Shown here piece after piece: positions 52,325 to 64,000 of a stretch of 64,000 nt of DNA. The notes beneath the pieces are model-generated. The model saw nothing but the letters and a program-made list of their open reading frames with translations, made no database searches and was not told the origin of the DNA. The first letter of the stretch is position 1, and each line of letters starts with the position of its first letter. This DNA is from Octopus vulgaris (taxonomy: Eukaryota), in assembly GCA_951406725.2 (NCBI GenBank), contig OX597815.1, forward strand, positions 172,732,001 to 172,796,000, in the 5' to 3' direction. The position numbers and the translations under genes are program-made.

Positions 52325-52644
52325 CATTATCATCATTGTTATTTTAATGTCCACTTTTTCATGCTTGCATGGGTCAGAAAGAATTTGTTGAGGTAGATTT
52401 TCTAGGGTCAGATGCCCTTCCTATCACCAACCTTCACTTGTTTCCAAGTCAGATATGTTTTCAAAGAAGACCAAAAATTGAACGACACCACATAACATGA
52501 TAGTTGTAAAACAAGTGCCATCACCACACGGCACTTGTTTACTACTATGATATGATGACAAGACAAGGAGATACTAACATACCCACACCCATACACACAC
52601 ATATATGTAAATACATACATATGTTTATATATATATAAAAAAAT

Positions 52645-54137
52645 TTTTTTCAATTTTCAGGGAGACACCCTCTTATTTTATTCATATTCCTCAGAAAGCA
52701 CTGTATGCATAATTTGAGGTTGTAAAAGAGAAAATTAGAGATTGCTACCAAGCTTTAAAAATAAATTTATATCAATTTGTGCTCAAAAATATTATTTTGT
52801 TGATATTTTCATTGGAACAGTTTTGAGATGTGCCTAGTTAACCTAGTTTGGTAAAAAACAATGACATTCTAGGCTATAGTATGTAGTGAGGTACAACGTA
52901 TATCATGTTAACTTTTTTTATGTGGAAGTTTCCCCAGTAGGCACATCATAACCACTTATGTAAGTTTATTTTTGTCTTTTTTTGTGAAGCAAGAATAATG
53001 TTTTCTTGTTTCTGTTTGAGAGTAATGACCGGTAACTTTTAAAAATTTTAAGAAGGTATTGTTTCTGCTCTTCATCATTGGTTATCACTTTGCTGTATTC
53101 CTCCATCAGTCATACACCTCTTTCCACAATGTCGTTTACCACTTTGAGTCCATATGCAATATCTCTTGCATTCACATAACTTTCATCATCATTCCATTCT
53201 TCAGTATTTTTTTCAAGAAAAGTGCAAGGCACCTCCAGGATTTCAAAGAATCTTTTTGTGTTGGCAGTAATGAAATTCTGCAGTTGTTTCAACTGATTCA
53301 GAATTTATTGATGCTCATTTGCTCGGTTTTGAGTCAACTGGTTTCTACAGAGCATGATTCATATTGTTTTTTGTCTCATGTGAAACAGCTGAATCAAAAA
53401 TGCAAGCACCACAAGCTTCTCAGAGAGGTACCACAAATGTCTCAAAAACCTATTGAGTGCAGCACTTGCAATTTTGTCATCCTTTTGCTTGTAGAGCTGC
53501 AGACTTTGCACAAAAGCAAATCTGAATGTGGGAGGGACATGAGGGTATGGGTGCCAAGTATCACGATCTGATGTATATCGCAGCTGAAAAGCAGCAAACA
53601 TCTCTCAGTCCTTTTTCCTCTCTTTCAGTTAGTTTAAAGTGAGATTTAAGCATCCAAATTTTAATGCAGTAAATTAGCTTGGCCATCCATCATGCTCTGT
53701 GATAACCACCAGGTGCTTTAAAGCTAATTCCTGACTTGGGGGTACTACCAAGGAAAATTAGCATTAGCTCCAGCAATTCCTTGTAGTCATCATGAGACTG
53801 CTTGAGCAAATTGAATCATTTCTTCAGCATCTGAGATTTTCTCTGCAATGTTAGGGTCATCTGTTGCTGTTTGGTAATTGTTCTTGTCAATTTCCACCTA
53901 CTTTGCTTTGAATCTCTAAACAGTTGTATGTCAGGGCCAGTAGAAGATGGCAAGAAGACAGAAAATGTACAATAAATACAAACTGAAAAATAACAATATA
54001 CAAAATGTTCATTGAATAGTAACAACCTCTAAAATGTCTTCAATTGTGCTGAAATTTTGCATGTTGAGTTTTTGCACTAAATTAAATAAAATTAAAGGGT
54101 GTCTTCAAGTTTCTGAAATAAGTTATTTTGCATGACC

Positions 54138-54140
<3 letters not shown>
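52645..54140 (-). mobile_element. Decayed hAT-superfamily (hATm-like) DNA transposon
   Basis: Minus-strand remnants HDDYKELLEL..APGGYHRA*WMAKLIYCIK, RHLWYLSE and LKVVNDIVERGV; right end TAGGGTC; subterminal inverted agacaccct.t.atttta at about 52663 and 54090-54105. Confidence 0.7.
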
Positions 54141-54176
<36 letters not shown>

Positions 54177-54763
54177 GTCTAAGAATCAATAAGACACAAA
54201 AAAATATATGCACTGATAAATTTGTCAACAGAGTGAATGAGTATTTTAAGTGTACAGTATTATATACACATTATGGCCAATCTTATCAATTGGCTTCACA
54301 ACACTGGGTATTGAACCAGGAATTAGGTACATAATATGCATGCTGGTCAGAGCCAGCAGGTATGGAAAAAATATGCCAACTGCTCCTCATTATTGGAGGT
54401 GAAAAACCACATCTAGTTTTTGGGCACTCTGAAAAATGATGAAACAAACTGAACAAGGATTATATCAAGACTCATGTCTCCTAGCCATAGGGGTCTCTAT
54501 GTCTGCAAGAGTTTTCTGAAAATATGTGTAAGCATTAAGGGTTGGTATTTGTGTAGGGTTGTAATGAGTATAGGAGTATCTATGGGTACAGTTTTTATGG
54601 GGTGGGATGGGGGTATGGGCAGATACCTGAACACTTAAGCCCACTTTAAGGTGCATATAAGTCTGTGTGTTTGTTTATGTTTTGGTAAAACTATTTGTGG
54701 GACTGAACTTGAAACCATGTGGTTGGGAAGAAAACCACTTATACTTATGTTTTGTGCGTGTGT

Positions 54764-54813
<50 letters not shown>

Positions 54814-54994
54814 ATAGATAGATAAATGGAAAGATAAACAGATATGCCTTGTATGTATATACACACAAATATATGTTTGTGTGTGCATCTGTATATACAT
54901 GTGCATGTATAGAAAAAGAGAAAAAAGAATGAGACAGAGAGACCCACACATCTATGCATGCAGATACATACATACATACACACACACATATTTA

Positions 54995-54998
<4 letters not shown>

Positions 54999-55058
<60 letters not shown>
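54999..55058. repeat. (TA)n microsatellite
   Basis: Direct reading; similar tracts at 6652-6683, 32035-32070 and 61170-61253. Confidence 0.95.
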
Positions 55059-55061
<3 letters not shown>

Positions 55062-55788
55062 TTTATTTCAATAAACTAGAAAATAATATCAAGGACTTTT
55101 TTTTATATAATCATTAAGTTTGGAAAGATTGCAAACAATCATTTTTATTAATGTTTTCAGTTTGGAGACAAAAAAATTATTTAGTCTAGATTCAATAATA
55201 TAGTAAGTTCTCCTTCACAGTAAACTGTATGAAATTCCTATAAACATAAATCTTTAAAAATAATTCAGATTTTCTAGAATATTCTTTAATAGTCTTTTCT
55301 ACAATATTCTTTAAATTAATAATAATAGAGAACTTCATGGAATAACAGACAATATAATTTTACTATTATGCTGGTCAGTATATATTACTATCATATAATT
55401 TTAATATAACCATTTCAAATAAGGAGTGTAACAGCCAAATGGTTAAAATATCTGATATGTTCTTAACTGTATATTGCTTAGTATATACCAATTATAAACC
55501 AAAATCAAAAACATCAAAACCTATAACCCAGTTAACAGAGTAATGAACTTTCCCTAACAAACATTATTAGAGTGATAGTAAGGTACCGTGGGTGGTGAGG
55601 TAATAGCAGGTCAAATCAGTGGTATACAATTAAAAAATTATGTCTAAGATTAACTAAACAATCAAAGGAACATCAGTTTGCATTCTGTAACTAGTGATGT
55701 ATTGTATCTCTGACCAAAACACTCAACCCCTAATTGCCCAGTCAACTTGGGTGGAAATAGTCATTATTAGGAGTAGCATAACTCCTGT

Positions 55789-56082
55789 GAGGGCATATGG
55801 CCTAGTGGTTAGGCTGTTGCACTCATACTCTAGTGATCGTGGCTTCAATTCCTAGACCAGGTGGTGCGTTGTGTTCTTGAGCAAAACACTCCTTCTCACA
55901 TTGCTCTACAATCACTTTGACACCTGACGTGTGGTACAGTGAATCTGTTCAGAAAACATCGATTTGATTGAGAGAATGAGCTAATGTGCAGCATGAACAT
56001 TTGATCATTATAAACAAATCATTTGTGCAGGTTGTTTGGCAAAGAGCTAACATGTCATCTTTGATGGGAGAGTCCATCATAA
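55789..56082 (+). mobile_element. SINE family D
   Basis: gagggcatatggcctagtggttagg..gcgttgtgttcttgagcaaaacact. Confidence 0.8.
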
Positions 56083-56139
56083 GTCGCTACTGTAAATGTA
56101 CTACAAATGTAAATAACACAATAAAACTATCTGGCATTT

Positions 56140-56480
56140 TATACTAGCTTGGTTGTTGTGGCTATCCTCAGCTATGGTCATGAATGTTGGACAATGACTG
56201 AAAAAGTACAATTGCAAATACAAGTGACTAAAATGGGATTCCTCTGATGAGTTTCAGGAGTAACATTACTCAACAGGATGCATAGCTTCAAGGCCAGGGA
56301 GTCTCTCCAGGTCAAACCAACACCTCCCTGCATTGATAGGTCACAACTCTAGTACTATGGACATATGATTAGATTGTTACAGGAAAAAATCACGAGATTC
56401 TTCAAGCTGAGCCAACTGGTAAGAGATCTAAGAATAGACCAAGTATGAGATGGTTGGACATGCTTGGGAATCCAGTCAGA
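56140..56480 (+). mobile_element. RTE-clade (Expander/Rex3-like) LINE 3' fragment
   Basis: LSYGHECWTMTEKVQLQIQVTKMGFL**VSG..SQL*YYGHMIRL..GKRSKNRPSMRWLD. Confidence 0.75.
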
Positions 56481-58271
56481 AAGTCTAATTGCTTCTTAAA
56501 GGACCCTATGGAGGATGTGCCTGAGAAATTCCATCCCCATGAACCTCCCAGGATAGTGGGCAGAGAACATAAATAGATGGAGGAATTTTTTTTCAAATCC
56601 TTCAATGTGCCTTGAAGCAACAGAAAAATTAGTCCCTTGAATCACTATCTTGAGATAGTGTTCAGTAGTGTCTCCTTCACCCCTACCCAAGAACTAATGG
56701 GTTATATACAGAGCAGTACTTTTTGATATACTTTAAGGTGGTTTAGAATTCCAGATGAAAATTTATCAAGATTTTATCTACTATTATTAAATCAAAATAC
56801 AAGAAAATGGTTCAGATGATTAAATCTTTATAAAACAGGTCACAAATATTCCAGAGATTAATGGACAGATCAGAGGAGATTTACATTAGATTTTGATGAG
56901 ACTCAAACTTCAAGTTCTGTGTATTTTATTAGTAAATATCTCTGGCTTATCACTTAATCATATTCCAATGATGTGAGTATCAACTAATCATATGCTTCTC
57001 AAGAATACAAAAGTAAGAAATCAAACACTTGGAAGCAATCTATAAAAATCAAGATGGCTGTCTTTGGTGTGTGACCTCCATAGCAAAAATAGTGGTTAAC
57101 AATAGAACATCCTTTTCTTCTTTTTTAAAATTTTTGGTCTGTTTACTTTCAAAGTAATTAGATAAGTGCTTATATATTAGCAATTTTTTTTTAAATAAGC
57201 AAGAAATTTATCAAATATACTTTTGTAGAGAAGTCCTTTTAGTAAATACTTTATAATATAAGTGGTAGGGAAAGGGGAGGAGGAGGAGGTAAATAACAAC
57301 AACATGCAGAAGATATCAATAATAACTGTAAGAGGTTATGAAACCAACAGCTACATTTAAAAATTTACTATAAAATGTATGAATAAAATACTGCAACAAC
57401 ATATATATATATATATATCCAATACCAATTTACAGTAAGATGATTCCAAATGATGAATAGCCTTAAACATTTTAATGGTAGAAACTAAAATTACGTTATT
57501 CAAAATATGAATGGATTACACCACCATTCTTGTAGATATATAGATGTCAATCCACAAAATTGAATTGTCATATAATGGTATGAAGAACAAATAATTTTGT
57601 CTTTATTCTATATAAGAAGCACATGATATCTTTTTTTTTATCAATGGAAGTTCTAATATTAAAATAGAGAACACACAATTCTCAAGAAGTTGATGTCTCT
57701 TTTTTTATGTATATATAAAGCAACCAACTGCTTTAAATAATTTCAAAGTTTTGTGATATTTAAATAAATAATTGTTGTACAAGATTGAAAGAAAGAGTAA
57801 CTATTCAACTGAAAGCAGATATTTCAGCAGATTCAGTATCTTTGATACATGTTTGTTTAATTCAGAGAGTATTTCAAGAAAGATTCTTTTCTTTTTTTTT
57901 TGTTGTTTTGAAGGAAGGAGCAGGGCCCATGGCCTTCACACTCCACTCCTGTGACCACTGTGAATCAATGCACTTAACAATAACATTCCTCTTGAACATT
58001 TACATGATGTTAGAACGAAAGACATGAAAAGTGGGAAATCTAGAGAAGCAATGTTCTGGTGAGGATAGACTGAGAAGAATGGTTTATGCAGTGTCTTGGA
58101 GAACGGAGGAGAACACAGTATGAGAGACAAGAAGGGAAACAAGTGATTCAAGAGCATCCATTCATTAATTACTCTTTATCACTATCATTTACTATAGCCC
58201 AACTCTACAGTCATTCATCACTAGCTTTCTCTTATCATCACTCATCTTTATTACTATCCTTCAACTCTTCT

Positions 58272-58333
<62 letters not shown>

Positions 58334-58895
58334 ACACACAGCCCTCTCCTTTGTCACTCTTTGCTAACATATAATCACTGTACTCATTGTTGACTTCATA
58401 CTTTCACATCACTCCCTCAAATATTACTCTTTGCTGACATTGTTGACTTCAACCACTCTACCCAAATTCCATTACCCTTTATTTCGATCACCCTATCTCC
58501 CATCAACATGAGGCTACTGTTACTGTCTCTGTTTCCCTCTCCCTCCTCGACCACCTTATTTGCACTGTCAAGCCAATCACAGTCATACCAATTGCTTCAT
58601 ACCATCATATTTATGAGTTATTATTCAACTAGGAAACATAACTGACATTCTGCCATCTTTGCTGGCAAGAATAGCAGGATATCAGTTGTATTCTTTAGTC
58701 CAATAATTACTGGCCAATAAACCAACATGGAAACATTAGTACTAGGATTTTTTGCTTAAATTCCACCAATTATACACCTTTCTGGTACTGAGCATTTTTG
58801 TGGCTTGTTCATTCATTCATTCATACATTCATATATACATACATTACATACACAACACACACACACACAAATATATTCACATACATGTATGTGTG

Positions 58896-58935
<40 letters not shown>

Positions 58936-58938
<3 letters not shown>

Positions 58939-59689
58939 GGTGTGATGAGTAAATTGTTGCCATTTTATATTTATAATTTCGAGCATGCACATTTTTTGTT
59001 TTTGATTCTGTCAACTATACAGTATAGTAAGGCAGTTGGGCACCACCTGTGAGAAAAACAGCACCATGACGCAATTCATTCTGCCAGAAATTTGGAAATG
59101 ACATGCTGTATTGCTTGGCATTTACACCAGAAGCTCCAATAAGAACAGATGGTGCACACACAGAACAACTATTAGCATGCCCTGTCCCCAAAACATGTAC
59201 CGAGAGTGATAAAAAGCAATCATCCAGTCAACATCATGGTGTTTGGAGTGATCACTAGTGATAGCAATATTACGCCTCCCTTCATTTTCCCACACAGCTT
59301 CAGACTCAACACGGAGGCCTACATTAAGTGCCTGGAGGCTGTAGTGCTGCCCTGGGTCAAGAGGGTAGCTGCTGGAAGACCTTATGTCTGGCAACAGGAC
59401 TCTGCATCATGCCACACAAGCAGGAGAACCCAGTCATGGCTGTCAGACAATTTCTGCAACAACTTCACACCTAACATCTGGCCATCAAACTATCCAGAAG
59501 AGCTGCAGAAGATTCCGAAGCCATCTAGAGGCCGTGGTTGAAGCCAATGGTGATTTTATTAAATAAATTTACTCTTTAGTATTTCAAGTTATTTTCATGT
59601 AATTCTAGTAAATATACCTGTTAAAATGAGATGTCAGTACTATCTTCATATTTGCGTAATTTAGACAACAATATATTCACTGCACCCTG
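58936..59689 (+). mobile_element. Tc1/mariner-superfamily element (DD37D/maT-like), internally deleted, TA TSD
   Basis: TIRs cagggtgtgatgagtaaattgttg and caacaatatattcactgcaccctg; remnant HPVNIMVFGVITSD..VLPW..YVWQQDSASCHT..WP at 59206-59490; the SPDLNP..D segment is deleted. Confidence 0.85.
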
Positions 59690-60380
59690 TATATATAGCA
59701 TCAAATCACCCTATAAAAACATTATTACAATTTGTAGGAAAAAGAATTTGAGGGCTTCAGTATAAAAATGAAAGAAATTGGGTACAAGTGATGAAGACAA
59801 CAGATGAATGAGCAAAAAATACCACTCATCAGCTGTCTGTCTAGGTATTTTCACAGTTTCATCACCTTATGGCTGTCTCAGTCACTAAAATTTAAGTATA
59901 GAGCTGATGAAAGGTATGTTTCATTTGATATATTACTCTCATCATTTGCGCTTAATTTTTAATATTTTTTAAACTGAGCTTCATTTATTTCATATTGTAA
60001 TTACGTTCAAACTGCTGTGACTTTTACTCATTTGCTTTCTTCCTTGCTCTCTTTCTCTCTCTCCCTCAATAGTATCATTAGCCTTTCTCTACCTTGACTG
60101 TATCCCCTCCCTGCTCTCTCTCTCTCTCTCCGTACTTGTCCTTTTCTGCTCTCTCTCTCTCTCTCGTACTTGTCCTTTTCTGCTCTCAGCATGCAACTTC
60201 ATTCTTCAGCTCTGACCTATTCTATCAGCTTTCACTCTCACCTCAGTTCATCCAGTAAATACATGTGTGTGTGTGTGTAGCGTAGCACAACTTTATATAT
60301 ACATATACCTATAAAGTAACAAGCTTCTATACAGTTTCATATATATGTACATACATACATACATATATACATAAACACAT

Positions 60381-60470
<90 letters not shown>

Positions 60471-61109
60471 TCACTCAATACCACATTACTTCAAGTTTTA
60501 TGGATGTACAACAAGCCCATCTTATCTGATGTAAAGTGGAATTGAGACAAAATGTTATTAAACACATGCATACCAGTGCATATCATCATCATTGTCATCA
60601 TCATCGTCGTTGTTGTCATCATTATAGTCATCATCATCATCTTTTATTTTATAAGCATCATCACCAAGTGTATAGACAGATAGATAAATAGGCATGGTAA
60701 AGAGATAGATAAATAGGTAGATAGATTATTGTGTGTGTGTGTAAGAGAGAAAGAGTGAGAGGGTGAGTGTGTGCGCACGCATGTACGTATTCTGTTTTCA
60801 GCAAACTTTGTATTTATAAGCTTTGTGAAAGAAGAATAAAGTATGTAATTGCACAATACTCTGGGGTTTTTATCTTTTATTAAAAAAGATCAGTCTTTCT
60901 TATTTGTGAATTAGTACGCATACCAAAATGGGACTTACCCATGCATATGTGTAAGTGCCAATCTTGTGATAGTATCAATTTCAATATTTCAATATTTTTC
61001 TTTACAGTTTTTCATCCAAGAATCTATAATTATACTCACTGTATGTAATACCGTATATATATATATTTATATATGTAAGGATTATATCATATACATGTGT
61101 ATGTGTGTG

Positions 61110-61144
<35 letters not shown>

Positions 61145-61167
61145 TATCCATATATATAATATATACA

Positions 61168-61257
<90 letters not shown>

Positions 61258-62789
61258 TAGAGAAGGATTTTTTTAATTAAAAACAAGAACTCTCAGAGAC
61301 TTTAGGAAAAAATTGCACAAAAGTTTGCATTGAGAACTGCTTTACACCAATAGGAAATTACAGCATGGAGGAATTTTTGTGAATTGGGGTGTACAGTCAT
61401 TCAACAACAACAACAACAGCAGTAGCAGTATTGGCACCAATGACAACAATAATATATTGACGATACCAGCGAGAACAACAAAAAAAATACATTGAAATGA
61501 TGAATTTGATTAAATACCTGATAAAATTGTGCACCATAACATAATGACAACAAACTTAGCAGAAAAAAAAACAGAACTAAAATAAAACATCCCCCACCAC
61601 CAAAGAAATAAAATGAAACATCGAAAAGGCCATATTGCAGACAAACTATTGAACTAAATATAGTAATGGTTTGAATGAATGAAGGTTTGACTGTCCAGAT
61701 TTGGATATTATTTGCTATTCCAGTTGAAGCTTCATTATATTATGATTTCAAAGATTGCAATACATTAGCTCTACAATTTAAACAATATGGATGAGGGGCA
61801 AGTTGACACTGAAATATTGTTACTGTATATTTAAATATTTGTCATTTTACACATTCATAAATTACCCATATGATGGGGTGAAAAATAATTTAATACTGTT
61901 CTTTTATTTTTAGTGAAACATTTCATCAAATATATATAAGTATATATATAATATATATATATATAATCTTTGACAAAAACATGAAGCCTAAGATTTAAAG
62001 AATGCGAGAATGACAGTTTTGTCGAATTGTTGCTTCACTTTAAGAGGGGAAATGATTTATGAAATACTTTTAAATGATAATGTTTAATTTCATAAACTAT
62101 ATCTGATAGAGAAAAACAACTGAAAATTTTAAAATGTGTATCTCTGATTCAAAATGAAATGGTAATTTTTTCAGTAAGTCCATACTGTAGCCTCTATCAT
62201 GTTTTATTTCAATTAGAAGGCAGGTTTGGAAATTAGATTTATCTATATTAATTGATGTTTATTTTTATCTTTAGAAGGGTCTTGATCAAGCTAATAACAT
62301 TTATCCCTTATTTATTTATCTAATTCATATAACTATTTTATTTTTAATGTGAATACAGCATTTCCAGATCATATTTCTACATACAGATACAAATTCTCTA
62401 CAAGTATACTAGGTCATGTAACACAATCAATCCTGCAATGATGAAAGACTGTAGGCTTCAAAGATTACAAATAAAATATGGTTAACCATATGGTAAGCTA
62501 AGTAGTTTACAATATCTGATTGCCAAAGATGACTGGAGTCAGAAACTCAGTGTCTCATCAAATCTAATTTTTGATTCAAATAAACATTAGTAGCGTAGGA
62601 AGGTATACAAAATATATTATCTTTACCACAATCGTGATTTTCACATTGGTGGAGGTTGAAATATAATATTTTTCTATATATTTATGTCAATCCACCTGTG
62701 AGGCTCACATTTCATCTGTGAGATTCTATTTTTATTGTGCATAAATAACTACAAAAATTACAGCTATGTTGTCGTACTGTATGCTTTAC

Positions 62790-62872
62790 CATGTCCAAAA
62801 TAACAGTTTCTGATATACATCTAACAATATTTTCTATGCTTAGTTCTGTCATAACATGTTCACAATCTTTCT
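62790..62872 (-). CDS. Candidate exon (x)KDCEHVMTELSIENIVRCISETVILDM with internal ATG, phase-0 donor
   Basis: Acceptor atttttgttgcag|, donor ATG|gtaaag; 83 nt fully open in one frame. Confidence 0.5.
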
Positions 62873-63074
62873 CTGCAACAAAAATTACACATCAGACAGA
62901 TCATACTCAAGCTCTTCAATTACTATAAATCCTTTTCTATCATTGGACATGATACCCAGTCAAACAACATGACACTCTCATTTATCTCTCTAATAGTGGA
63001 CCTTTTGTTTAAAGAAGCCAACAAATGAAATGACACAAATACAAATAAGATTTAACACTCAAGCACACACAACA

Positions 63075-63115
<41 letters not shown>

Positions 63116-64000
63116 TTTGTGTGTTGGAAAATAAACATCACATTTTAATAAATATATTTGATCTTTCTATGGTAACAAGACAAAAGTTGGCATGAATAAA
63201 ATTGAGATATTATATTCTTGACGTTTTTCTTTACCATCTCTATCAAACTGCACTGATTGAGTTCTGACAAATATGACTGAATGAGAGAGCTGGAGCAAAA
63301 GAATAAGCCTTCTCATGGTCCTTTAACCTGCTAGAAATAGCAGCTAAATCCCTCTCACGTGCTACCATGTGAAAGGAAATATTAGATAATGTAGTCCTAG
63401 ATACCACTAAACAGATGGGATGATCCTAATGGGACTGACTTTGATCAAAGGTCTGCTTGATCAGGGTTGACTGGGAGCTTAAACAACAGCAACAGTGTAA
63501 ACAACAACAATTTCTGATAAATTCACAAATAATGGCTTTTGATTTGTCATGCTACAGTGATCACAGTTTTGTTGTATTCTGTTTTATCTTGAACTACATA
63601 CTAAAAATAACTAAAAGTAATTAGTTATTTGCTAATGAAAAAAATGCCTACAAAAGGTCTTGAAATGAGGAAAGGCACTAACATCAAAATGGCAAACAAT
63701 GTGAACCAAATAGTTGTAAATTCTTATTGACTGAGGCTGGGGAAACTGTTCTTACATCAAATATTGATTTCTTTATATAGGCACAAAGATTCAAATAAAT
63801 AAGGAAGATGATTGTAAGATTTTATGACATTGATAGACTTATCAAAGATATTAAGAATGTAAAAACCAAGTTAAATGCTTTCAACTAAGATTTAAAACAA
63901 AGTTGTGAATTTGGAATGAGTTTGTCTCTGCTTTATGTTGGTCATTTGACTTTTATGTAAAATATTAGAATTAAAAAGTAATCACTGAACTTCCAGTATT

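Noticed and set aside
53059-53571. 170-aa plus-strand ORF
   Set aside because: Antisense shadow of the transposase remnant.
1-64000. CRISPR array, rRNA or prokaryotic operon
   Set aside because: No repeat-spacer structure, rRNA motifs or gene-dense ORFs; the DNA is eukaryotic and mostly intronic.

Overview
AT-rich eukaryotic genomic DNA dense in microsatellites, tRNA-derived SINEs, RTE-clade LINE remnants and decayed DNA transposons. The repeat landscape resembles an octopus (coleoid cephalopod) genome; this is inferred from recognition, not a database match. There is no intact long CDS, and most ORF-track entries are microsatellite or repeat artefacts. The unique DNA looks like the 5' region of one large minus-strand gene that I cannot name. 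Several short ATG-containing exon candidates (62790, 42285, 32216, 30981, 11785, 9665) all end at GT donors in phase 0, consistent with an array of alternative first coding exons. Downstream lie a juxtaposed AG|GTGAGT site (10638/10637, a recursive splice site or 4-nt microexon) and an exon candidate (8840-8964) that is open in two frames and has two donors 4 nt apart. Mobile content includes a Tc1-like element with ~135-bp TIRs, a DD37D/maT-like element, an hATm-like element, TTAA-flanked MITEs, RTE LINEs with a PHD-like finger inside the RT, and a Penelope-like remnant carrying a minimal hammerhead ribozyme. All exon calls rest on splice signals and open frames read by eye and need RNA-seq.
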